In this document: piece by piece, positions 28,534-36,886 of the stretch
Numbering within the stretch: the stretch's first letter is position 1
Layout: each line of letters begins with the position of its first letter
NCBI GenBank assembly: GCA_964419615.1
Contig: CAYQPU010000013.1
Location: 1-40,371 of the forward strand
Length of the DNA stretch: 40,371 bases
Source: an uncultured Methanosarcinales archaeon
GTDB lineage: Archaea; Nanobdellota; Nanobdellia; Woesearchaeales; JAGVZT01
Direction of reading: 5' to 3'
Program-made: the position numbers and the translations under genes
The notes under the pieces: generated by a model
Databases searched by the model: none
Told to the model about the DNA's origin: nothing
What the model saw: the letters and a program-made list of their open reading frames with translations, nothing else

Positions 28534-29307
28534 ATGGCACTTTATTTTGTTGGTCTCGGACTTAATAATGAGAATGATATTTCTATAAAAGGACTTGAAG
28601 CAATAAAAAAATGTGATTATGTTTTTTTAGAAGGTTATACTAGTAAGCTTGGCTGCAAAGTTGAAGATTTGAGTAAGTTGTATGGAAAAGAGGTTAAGGT
28701 TCTTTATCGAAAGGATATTGAAGAAAATCCAGAGACTATTATATTAGATAAGGCAAAGGATAATGATGTTGCTTTCTTAGTTATTGGTGATATTTTTTCA
28801 GCAACAACTCATCTTGATTTATGGGTTAGAGCAAAAAAGTTAGGCATAAAAACACATCTTACACACAATGCCTCAATCTTGACTGCGATTTCTGTTACTG
28901 GTTTACAAATTTATAATTTTGGAAAGACAACGAGTGTTCCGTTTCCACAAAAGAATTGGGAGCCTGATACACCATATAATGTACTTGAAATGAATTTGAA
29001 AAATGGATTACACACATTATTGCTGCTTGATCTTGATCCACAAACCAAAAAGTTTATGTTTATTAAGGAAGCTATTGATTTCTTATTTAAGATTGAAAAA
29101 GATAGGAAAAAAAGTGTTTTTACAGAGGACACAATGTGTTTGGGTTGTGCAAGGATCGGCTCTGATGATCCAACTATTTTTTATGGCAAAGCAAAGGATG
29201 TTATGAATCAAGATTTTGGAAAAGCTCCTTATTGTCTTGTTGTTCCTGGCAAATTACATTTCTTTGAAGAGGAAGTGTTACATTTTTGGGAACTAGTTGA
29301 GAAATAA
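28534..29307 (+). CDS. dph5: Diphthine synthase
   Basis: LYFVGLGL...EGYTS, GDIFSATTH, NASI, YNFGKTTS, HTLLLLD. Confidence 0.94.
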   Translation: MALYFVGLGLNNENDISIKGLEAIKKCDYVFLEGYTSKLGCKVEDLSKLYGKEVKVLYRKDIEENPETIILDKAKDNDVAFLVIGDIFSATTHLDLWVRAKKLGIKTHLTHNASILTAISVTGLQIYNFGKTTSVPFPQKNWEPDTPYNVLEMNLKNGLHTLLLLDLDPQTKKFMFIKEAIDFLFKIEKDRKKSVFTEDTMCLGCARIGSDDPTIFYGKAKDVMNQDFGKAPYCLVVPGKLHFFEEEVLHFWELVEK

Positions 29308-29409
29308 ATATTGTAGTTGATAATACATCTTAGAATATATATTTTACAAAATAATAATGCTTATATAATATTATCCTATATCTATAATCTATTACATGGG
29401 GGTTATTGG

Positions 29410-29685
29410 ATGGATAAGAAAAGTTTAGAGGTTTTTAATATTTTCTTTAGAGAAAAACCTGCAATGATGCTGGTTAATTTAAAAAATGCTAAAGATGAAG
29501 TTTATGCTAGCGCACTTGCAAAAAAAATTGATTGTACCTATTCTCATGTTGTAAAAATCCTGCAGCAGATGGAGAAAGCTGGGTTGGTTGAGTTCAAAAA
29601 ACAAGGAAGACTAAAGTTGTTGAAGTTAACTAAGAAAGGTAATTCCATGGCTGAGCATATTGACAGTGTAAGACAACTTCTTTAA
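29410..29685 (+). CDS. MarR-like winged-helix DNA-binding protein
   Basis: YASALAKKIDCTYSHVVKILQQMEKAGLV...GR...LTKKG; start reset to ATG 29410. Confidence 0.8.
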   Translation: MDKKSLEVFNIFFREKPAMMLVNLKNAKDEVYASALAKKIDCTYSHVVKILQQMEKAGLVEFKKQGRLKLLKLTKKGNSMAEHIDSVRQLL

Positions 29686-29781
29686 TTTTATACTTTCTTA
29701 ATATTTAATAAACAGAACATTTATAAAAAACATTCTTTAAGGGCATTATAAAAAGGTTTATAATAGGTAAAAAGAGGAAAA

Positions 29782-30702
29782 ATGTTTATTGTAGATAAGA
29801 AGAAAACAGGAGTTTTTTCATTGCCAACAAAAGAGATTAATCCTTCTGATGCACATATGTTTAAGTCTGAACTTGCACTCAAAATTTTAAAGCTTCTTGT
29901 TAAGGAGCCTATGTATCCTGTGGAGATTGCCAAAAAGCTTGGAGTGCATGAACAAAAGGTGTATTATCATATCAGGAATTTTGAGCAAAGTGGTTTTATT
30001 AAGGTTGTTAGAAGAGAGACTAAACAGGGAGCTATTGCTAAGTATTATCAAGTTACCCACCCCAGCTTTGTTGTTATGCTTAAGGAGCTTGAGCCTACTC
30101 AAAAGATTACTAAGCTTAAAAGTGATTCTAAGTTTTTGAAGCCTTTTATTAAAGATGGGCAACTTAATGCTAGAGTGATTGTTGGAAGTCCGGATCCACA
30201 TGGTCCTGATAAGGCAAGGTCAAGGGATGGTTATTATGGGATTGATCTAGGTTTGTTCTTAGGGACTTTTTTAAATTATGTTCCAGATTTTAATGTTATG
30301 CTTGATACAGAAGTTAGAGAGAAAGATCTGAAGGGAAATCTTATTCTTATTGGTGGTCCAATTGTTAATAAAGTAACTGAAAGGGTTAATATGAAACTAC
30401 CTGTAAGGTTTTCTAAAGAGAATAATTGGGCAATTGAGTCAAAAGTTTCAGGTAAACTATATCCTTCTGATGAGATTGGTTTGATTGTTTCTGCTAAGAA
30501 TCCATTAAGTGAGGAACACAATGTTCTTTTGGTTGCAGGCAAGAGATTTTCTGGGACAAGAGCTGCAATTATTGCATTTTTAAAATATTTTAAAGAAGTT
30601 ACTGAAGGTAATTTACATAACAAAAAGATTAAAGGTAAGATTGTTGAAGGCGTAGATTTGGATTCGGATGGGATTATTGATGATATTGAATTTTTAGAAT
30701 AA
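29782..30702 (+). CDS. ArsR-like HTH protein with an uncharacterised C-terminal domain
   Basis: KILKLL...MYPVEIAKKLGVHEQKVYYHI HTH; C-terminal NLILIGGPIVN segment. Confidence 0.7.
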   Translation: MFIVDKKKTGVFSLPTKEINPSDAHMFKSELALKILKLLVKEPMYPVEIAKKLGVHEQKVYYHIRNFEQSGFIKVVRRETKQGAIAKYYQVTHPSFVVMLKELEPTQKITKLKSDSKFLKPFIKDGQLNARVIVGSPDPHGPDKARSRDGYYGIDLGLFLGTFLNYVPDFNVMLDTEVREKDLKGNLILIGGPIVNKVTERVNMKLPVRFSKENNWAIESKVSGKLYPSDEIGLIVSAKNPLSEEHNVLLVAGKRFSGTRAAIIAFLKYFKEVTEGNLHNKKIKGKIVEGVDLDSDGIIDDIEFLE

Positions 30703-32118
30703 CTATACTTTCTCTTCAATTGTAAGTTTGGATAAAGCTTTTTTTGATATTTCAATGAATTCATCTTCCTTGTCTGAAGGGATTACTGCTCCAGCTGCCA
30801 TTTTATGTCCTCCTGCTATTCCCACACCTAAGGTTTCAATCATTTGAGAAACAATGTTGTTTAAACTTACGTCTGGACTCCCGCTGATTCTTATGCTGAC
30901 CTTTGTTTTTTTCTGTTCATTTTGAGCCATGGATAAGATAAATGTTCCAGGTTCTAGTTCATTTGAATAGGATATTATTGAGGCCATTGTACCAATAATT
31001 GATGGTCTAACATTATCTTCTGCATTTATTATGATAAATCCTTCTTTTACTGTTACACTTGAACTTTTTTTGTTTTTTTCATACCATTTCAATGCACCAA
31101 CAATTTCTTTTCTGTATTCCAAGAGTGTGTTGAGTGCCAATTTTTTTATTTTTTCATCTCCAAGACAAGTTCCAATTCCAAGTGATGCTCTTCCCATTCT
31201 TCCGCATGCGTTTAGCAATGTTGAGAATTCTTTTGCATCTCTTAGTGAAGATTCTTTTTCTTCATTTTTTAAGATGTATACATCACCAATGATGTCTTCA
31301 GGATTAGTTTGATCCATTCTTCTAATTAGAATTGCTTCTGCTAATTTTTGGATTTCTTCTTTGCTAAGATGGACTAGTTTTCTCCATGCATTACCTTGTT
31401 TTGGCTCTATTCCAGTTTCTTTTAAAAATTGGATAGCACCAGATTCACTTCCAGAAACACCAGGAATGACTGGGTCTGTACAATATTCCAGTACTTTATG
31501 CAAAGATCTGGTTTGTACTCCAAATAATTTCAAACCTTTTATTTTTTTTATTTTATTTTTTTGAATAGCTGTGTCTATTATTGCCTGGTTTAAAATTGAG
31601 AAACCTTCTCGATCCTGGATGTCACCAATAGCTCCAATCAACGCTATGTGTGCCATGTTTTCTAGCTTTGGATTTAATCTGCTTGCAAAAAAATATACAA
31701 CACCTGCTCCACTTATGTCTTGCGAGCCGTCCATATTTGAAAAATGTGGGTTGATATGAGTTCCTGTGAAGTCAGCTTCTGCAGGTTTATGGTGGTCAAG
31801 AATAAACACATTTCTGTCACTAAGATGTTTAGCAATTAGATCTAGCTGCCCAGATCCAATGTCTGTAAAGATGAAGTGTTTATAATCTTCAGAAGAAATT
31901 GATTTTATTTCTTGTTCATCTAGCTGTTGGACTATTGAAACAGAATATTTCCTGTTTTCTAGGTTAAGAGCCTTTAGAATGATTGCAGAAGCACAGATAC
32001 CATCAGTATCAAGATGGCTTACTATCTTGATGGTTTCTGATGGTTCTATCTCCCGAAATTTTTCAACCCCTTTTTTTATTTGTTGATTGAATCCTTCTAT
32101 ATCCATCTCACTCAACAT
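30703..32118 (-). CDS. RecJ-like DHH phosphoesterase (DHH plus DHHA1)
   Basis: SHLDTDG, TDIGS, LDHH and GGHKMAAG motifs; follows rps15, as is common in archaea. Confidence 0.92.
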   Translation of the reverse strand: MLSEMDIEGFNQQIKKGVEKFREIEPSETIKIVSHLDTDGICASAIILKALNLENRKYSVSIVQQLDEQEIKSISSEDYKHFIFTDIGSGQLDLIAKHLSDRNVFILDHHKPAEADFTGTHINPHFSNMDGSQDISGAGVVYFFASRLNPKLENMAHIALIGAIGDIQDREGFSILNQAIIDTAIQKNKIKKIKGLKLFGVQTRSLHKVLEYCTDPVIPGVSGSESGAIQFLKETGIEPKQGNAWRKLVHLSKEEIQKLAEAILIRRMDQTNPEDIIGDVYILKNEEKESSLRDAKEFSTLLNACGRMGRASLGIGTCLGDEKIKKLALNTLLEYRKEIVGALKWYEKNKKSSSVTVKEGFIIINAEDNVRPSIIGTMASIISYSNELEPGTFILSMAQNEQKKTKVSIRISGSPDVSLNNIVSQMIETLGVGIAGGHKMAAGAVIPSDKEDEFIEISKKALSKLTIEEKV

Positions 32119-32563
32119 AGAACCTCATTTTCTTTGAATCATACTTCCAGTCAGCTGCCAATTTTCCAGAACTTTTATAGTATTTGACCAGTCTTTGGAT
32201 CTTTGAGTTTGTTAGTTCTAATCCTCTTTTTGCGGTTTGATCTTTTCTGTTTTCACCCATGTGCTTTTCAATGTCAATGTACTTTCTCATCAATGCAAGC
32301 AAATCTTCTGGTAGTTCACTTTTAATGTTTTTTTCTTCGAGTATTTGCGTTACTCTTTTTCCTGTGACTGCTTTAACATCTGGAACACCATAAGTATCTC
32401 TTAGTAAGAGTCCAATTTTTGATGATGTGTGTCCTTCCTTACCTAGTTTTGTGATCAATAATTCTACTTCCTTTTTTTTGTATCTGATCCAGGTTAGTTT
32501 TTTATCTTTTAATGGTTTTGATGAACCAGATTTACCTTTTTTTCTTGAATAAAATCTTGCCAT
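32108..32563 (-). CDS. rps15: 30S ribosomal protein uS15
   Basis: MARFYSRKKGKSGS...IGLLLRDTYGVP...LPEDL...KIQRLVKYYK. Confidence 0.97.
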   Translation of the reverse strand: MARFYSRKKGKSGSSKPLKDKKLTWIRYKKKEVELLITKLGKEGHTSSKIGLLLRDTYGVPDVKAVTGKRVTQILEEKNIKSELPEDLLALMRKYIDIEKHMGENRKDQTAKRGLELTNSKIQRLVKYYKSSGKLAADWKYDSKKMRFYVE

Positions 32564-32655
32564 ATTAATCCTCCTAAGTCAGAAAATTTTAGCATAAGTA
32601 AGCATTTACCGACTTATCTAACATATGGGTAAGAAAGATGTGTTTATAAAGGTTT
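32564..32655 (-). promoter_or_regulatory. rps15 promoter (BRE-TATA 32643-32655) and candidate structured leader
   Basis: AAACC-TTTATAAA; an 8-bp helix TAAGTCGG/CTGACTTA (32609-32616 with 32575-32582) abuts the GGAGG site. Confidence 0.5.
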
Positions 32656-32678
32656 GGGTGTACAAATAAAAGAATAGC

Positions 32679-33032
32679 TCAATTTAATTGTTCAAATAAC
32701 CCTAAAGATTGTGTTGGTCGATAATTCTGAAACATATATTCACTCATGTACATGTACCTATAGATCTCTTCATTATAAAACACTTCTGCTATGTCGTCCA
32801 CTAGAAGCATTATTGTATAAGCATCACCCATTGTTTCACTAGAAAAATCTATTTCCCATAATTCATAAGCACTTTCTATTTTTTCTGTAATTCTATTTCG
32901 AAGTGCTTGCATGAAATCATGAGGAAGAATATTGTCCTCAAGCATATCTCTAACAATACAGTGTAAGGTGATTTCTGTTTTTGATTTAGTGTTCATATGA
33001 AGGGAATTGACTACAGTGTGATTCTTCTCCAA
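32679..33032 (-). CDS. Hypothetical protein
   Basis: 117-aa ORF overlapping the 3' end of the upstream ORF; no family recognised. Confidence 0.45.
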   Translation of the reverse strand: MEKNHTVVNSLHMNTKSKTEITLHCIVRDMLEDNILPHDFMQALRNRITEKIESAYELWEIDFSSETMGDAYTIMLLVDDIAEVFYNEEIYRYMYMSEYMFQNYRPTQSLGLFEQLN

Positions 33033-33678
33033 CTATTACTGTAAATGTGTTTGATTCCATAAAAACAGGGATCTGTGTTTCATCACCTGTTGCCTGAATT
33101 AAGTAACCATAACCACCAAATGCTGTTGCCAGTCTTCTGATAAGTCCAAGGTCTCCTAGATCCATGTCAATTGCATCCCTTATGTTTGTGACTATATGGT
33201 CAACTTGTTCGAAAATGTGCTGCGGTTCCTCAATAAACTCAAGTTCATTTATTTGATCTGATATTTTATCAACAAGAGTAGTGGCTTCTTTTGAAAGTAA
33301 AGGATATTCTGTGAGTAATTCCTTTCCTCCACTTGCAAGATAAGTTGCAAACTCTATGTAAGTTTGTCCTGTTTTCATAATTTCTTCAACAACATCATTA
33401 ATGTCATCAATTCCAAAAGGCATAATGTCTTTGTCCGCGGTAATTATATTATTACCAATATATTCTTGTAATCCTTTTTCCAATTGTTTTTGTTCATCTA
33501 CTTGACTAGAACCATTCACCATATGACCAGCATATTGACCTGCAAGGTTACCTGCACATGGTGCTTTTTCTTCAATACATCCAGGTGCAAGAGAACATCT
33601 ACTAATTGCAACATCTTCTGTTAAATTTACTCTGCACGGATTTGTGTATAATAAAGATAATTTTATTGAATCATTCAT
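32986..33678 (-). CDS. Hypothetical acidic protein
   Basis: 230-aa ORF; upstream AACC-TTTATATA promoter-like motif. Confidence 0.6.
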   Translation of the reverse strand: MNDSIKLSLLYTNPCRVNLTEDVAISRCSLAPGCIEEKAPCAGNLAGQYAGHMVNGSSQVDEQKQLEKGLQEYIGNNIITADKDIMPFGIDDINDVVEEIMKTGQTYIEFATYLASGGKELLTEYPLLSKEATTLVDKISDQINELEFIEEPQHIFEQVDHIVTNIRDAIDMDLGDLGLIRRLATAFGGYGYLIQATGDETQIPVFMESNTFTVIVGEESHCSQFPSYEH

Positions 33679-33816
33679 TTCAACTCTCCCTCAAGAAAAC
33701 TTGAGATGCTAACACCTCTTTATTAATGGGTAAAGATTTAGATATATAAAGGTTATGCACAGCAAGAATCTTTTAGTCTCAATTGATAACTATTATAAGC
33801 TTATAGTAGTTCTCTT

Positions 33817-34239
33817 ATGGGCATGGATTCAGGGACATATGATTCAGTAAAATGTTTTGTTGAGATTAATGGAAAAGAAGCTTTTATTAGACAAGCATTG
33901 CTTGGATTTTATGAGCAAGGTAATGATCTTGATCAATTAGTGACTGATGATTTTTCTGCTCAATTAAAAGAAGTACATCTGATGCCAAAGACAACTGTTC
34001 TTTATATGCATCCAATATTAGGTGTATTCAGTATATCAACTGAAAAATCTGTAGAATTTATTAATGATCATGGAGGATTTGCAGTTGGATTTGAATATCC
34101 AATAAAACCAAGTCATCCAGATTCAATTCAGTTGTCCTTTTTTTATACAGATGAAATACCCATTCCTACTCAGGACGGCATTTTATTTGATGATAAGTGT
34201 TATTCCATTTCATTTGAACACATTGATATTGAACAGTGA
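33817..34239 (+). CDS. Hypothetical protein
   Basis: 140-aa ORF; no family recognised. Confidence 0.55.
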   Translation: MGMDSGTYDSVKCFVEINGKEAFIRQALLGFYEQGNDLDQLVTDDFSAQLKEVHLMPKTTVLYMHPILGVFSISTEKSVEFINDHGGFAVGFEYPIKPSHPDSIQLSFFYTDEIPIPTQDGILFDDKCYSISFEHIDIEQ

Positions 34240-34392
34240 CAGTGCTCGTAATACCATTACTGCAGAATAAAGGAACATTTTTACACATCATCCATATTTG
34301 TGGCAAAAACTAAGAAAAAACTTCTTATTCACGGCATTTTTTAATGACAAAGCCTAAATCTGTGAACATCTCATATAATTGTAGTGAGAAAA

Positions 34393-34956
34393 ATGAGTAG
34401 ATATAACCCAACTTGGATGGAGAAGTTTATGGATGGATCATTAGATCTTTTAGAGGATGGATTTAATCCTGGAATGAAATTTTGGTTAGATATGTTTGAT
34501 GGTAAAGAACCTAGATTTGAGGATGCACTTATGGGTGATTCGGGTGTCTGGGGAGATTTTACAGACGTTATTGGATATGTTAAAAGAAAAGAAGAGAATG
34601 GAATAGGTTTGTATATGCCAATTACAGAGGAAGTTTTAGATATTCAAGCTGCAGAGGAGGATTTTAAAAAAATAGCTCCCAATCTAGTTAAGCTCACTAG
34701 AATATTCTTTGACAAACTTGAATATCAAGCTAAGAGTAATGAGTGGATTAATAGTCTTGGAGATGAGACTAGAAATTTACTTGGTAAAGTTGCAAAAATT
34801 TATCTTGAATTAAGAGATGCTGATCGAGTATCTTACCCCAAGATAATTACACCTATAGCTTTTGATGAGCTGTATAAAGAAGGAGTAGCTGTAACTACCC
34901 ATAATGTGATTGACGGGAAAATTACATACAAGGCAGGAGAACCTTACCAAGTCTAG
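34393..34956 (+). CDS. Hypothetical protein
   Basis: ATG 34393 preferred over GTG 34384; no family recognised. Confidence 0.55.
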   Translation: MSRYNPTWMEKFMDGSLDLLEDGFNPGMKFWLDMFDGKEPRFEDALMGDSGVWGDFTDVIGYVKRKEENGIGLYMPITEEVLDIQAAEEDFKKIAPNLVKLTRIFFDKLEYQAKSNEWINSLGDETRNLLGKVAKIYLELRDADRVSYPKIITPIAFDELYKEGVAVTTHNVIDGKITYKAGEPYQV

Positions 34957-35103
34957 TCAGCTTATTGATATTTTTTCTTTTTTGTTTTATTTAAATAAAT
35001 ATTAAATATTTAAATATTTAATGATATTTATATAATATAATCAAAATATTTAAGTTTTTGCTTCTCTACCTATTATTTAATAAATGATAAAAGGTGGTTA
35101 ATA

Positions 35104-35499
35104 ATGAGTTTAAAAATTAATAAAACAGAAGAACTAGGGGTTGGAGAGATTAGAGCAGAGGGTTCGTATCTTTCAATAGATTATGTATGTAATGGTATGC
35201 CAGAAGGTAATGTTAGAGTTCCTGCTACTGAAACAGTTTTGGTTAATAAAGATCCATTTGCTATTGGACATTTGGTTTATTTGCTAAGTGATGCATATAC
35301 TTCATTTGAATATTTCACATCATTTGAAGGTCAGCGAGATTTGGAGCTTGAAGGAGGAGGGCAATTTGGAACATTATTTGGTGGACTGAATAAAAGAAAA
35401 TTGACATCATTTGTTATGGATCTTCAATCACAGATGGCTGATTATAATGAAGCAATAGCAGGTGTGGTTATGAAATATCACAATATGACACAAAAATAA
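35104..35499 (+). CDS. Hypothetical protein
   Basis: 131-aa ORF with an AGGTGG ribosome-binding site. Confidence 0.6.
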   Translation: MSLKINKTEELGVGEIRAEGSYLSIDYVCNGMPEGNVRVPATETVLVNKDPFAIGHLVYLLSDAYTSFEYFTSFEGQRDLELEGGGQFGTLFGGLNKRKLTSFVMDLQSQMADYNEAIAGVVMKYHNMTQK

Positions 35500-35545
35500 A
35501 ATAAAGTTTGTCAAACATAAGAAGTGAATTTTGAAATAAGTGGTT

Positions 35546-36418
35546 TTATTTATTGTTTACCACAAAAAAATTAGCAACTGGTTCTAGTTCATTTCCACCG
35601 TAAGCTGACATGTACTGAATTCCATCCCCATTATGAAATGCAAATTCAGAGGACCACCCACTGTCAGCAGCCATTGCTTCATGGCAGCCAAGAGATGCCA
35701 TAAACTCCCCAGCTGTTTTAAATGTCATTGTTTTTGTTATTACAAGATATAATGTGTTATCATTTATACCAACAAGTGTTCTTGATCCTGGATCCCATCT
35801 TGGATTTCCCTGACTATGGTCATTGATTACATCTTGGGGTATGATTCTTTGTCCACTTTCACTAGTTAATATGGTTTTTATTCCAGATACTGCATATGCA
35901 ATGTTTGAAGGATATGGTTGTTCAATATGAGTAATGTCTAAAGTTCCATTATTGTACACAATTAGAGATGGAGAGGGAGTATCTTCACCTGTGCACACTC
36001 TTTCCCCCTGATCATATGTATAACACCAAGGACTAACTGAATCTGCACCTCTATGCATGTCACCATTTACAGCTAATAATCCAGGATAGTTTTCCAGGTA
36101 TTGTTTTGCTGTTATTTTTCTACCGATTGGCATGCTTGATTCAATACTGAATTTATTTATATCAACTGAGAATACATGATTACCTTGAATAATTTGATAA
36201 TCAATTCCATCCATTTCTTGAATGTTTGCACCATAATATGAGGTTTCGGGATCAGAATCAATAACTGTTTGTTCAATTGCTTCTAAAGGTGGTGCAATCT
36301 CTACTTCTGCAACTGGTGTTTGAGTGCCTCCTTGCTCTACGTGCTGATAAAAAAAGTACAATGGAACCCAACATGTTAAAGTTAAAGCCACAATTGCCAA
36401 TCCTCTTGAACAGCCCAT
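35546..36418 (-). CDS. Secreted or membrane-anchored phosphodiester glycosidase (NAGPA-like) domain protein
   Basis: N-terminal hydrophobic helix; AVNGD, PGSRTLVGI and AMAADSGWSS resemble the family motifs NG, PRTAIGI and ALNLDGGGSS. Confidence 0.7.
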   Translation of the reverse strand: MGCSRGLAIVALTLTCWVPLYFFYQHVEQGGTQTPVAEVEIAPPLEAIEQTVIDSDPETSYYGANIQEMDGIDYQIIQGNHVFSVDINKFSIESSMPIGRKITAKQYLENYPGLLAVNGDMHRGADSVSPWCYTYDQGERVCTGEDTPSPSLIVYNNGTLDITHIEQPYPSNIAYAVSGIKTILTSESGQRIIPQDVINDHSQGNPRWDPGSRTLVGINDNTLYLVITKTMTFKTAGEFMASLGCHEAMAADSGWSSEFAFHNGDGIQYMSAYGGNELEPVANFFVVNNK

Positions 36419-36517
36419 GTTGTTATTTAAGAGTGGTTAACAGATATATAAATTTTTACCCAAAATTGGTTAAAACATAAGCTTAAGCATATAAATCTCA
36501 ATTCCAATTATCTTAAT

Positions 36518-36811
36518 ATGCCTTTTAAAAGAAATGATAAAAGAACACTTGGAAAACTAGTTAGAGATGTTGGATTTGGAGCTTTACAATTAACTGTGGG
36601 AATTGCAGCATTTTATTGTGTTGCTGAATACGGATCTGATTTTTATCATAATATGACAGATTCAGGTATACATGGTTCTACTGGATATTTACTATTGTGG
36701 GGAGTTGGGGTTGGACTTCCTGCTCTTGAGTTTTTCCTAGGGGGTGTTAATTCATACAGAGGTATTTGCAATCTAGCAAATATTGAATATGAGAAAAATA
36801 TTAAAAAATAG
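36518..36811 (+). CDS. Small membrane protein (two hydrophobic segments)
   Basis: 97-aa ORF whose TAG stop lies inside the duplicated tRNA-Gln 3' end. Confidence 0.55.
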   Translation: MPFKRNDKRTLGKLVRDVGFGALQLTVGIAAFYCVAEYGSDFYHNMTDSGIHGSTGYLLLWGVGVGLPALEFFLGGVNSYRGICNLANIEYEKNIKK

Positions 36812-36886
36812 CCCTGCCAGGTAAAGGAAAACTTTGGATTTTCCAGACCTGTCAGTGCAATTCAAAAAAAGAATAGCCCTGCCAGG
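36807..36886. repeat. 15-bp direct repeat of the tRNA-Gln 3' end (36807-36821 and 36872-36886)
   Basis: aatagccctgccagg occurs twice, 50 nt apart; it covers tRNA positions 61-73. Confidence 0.8.

Noticed and set aside
34957-35100. Repeated TTAAATATTTAA palindromes
   Set aside because: Low-complexity AT-rich promoter region; expected by chance at this composition.
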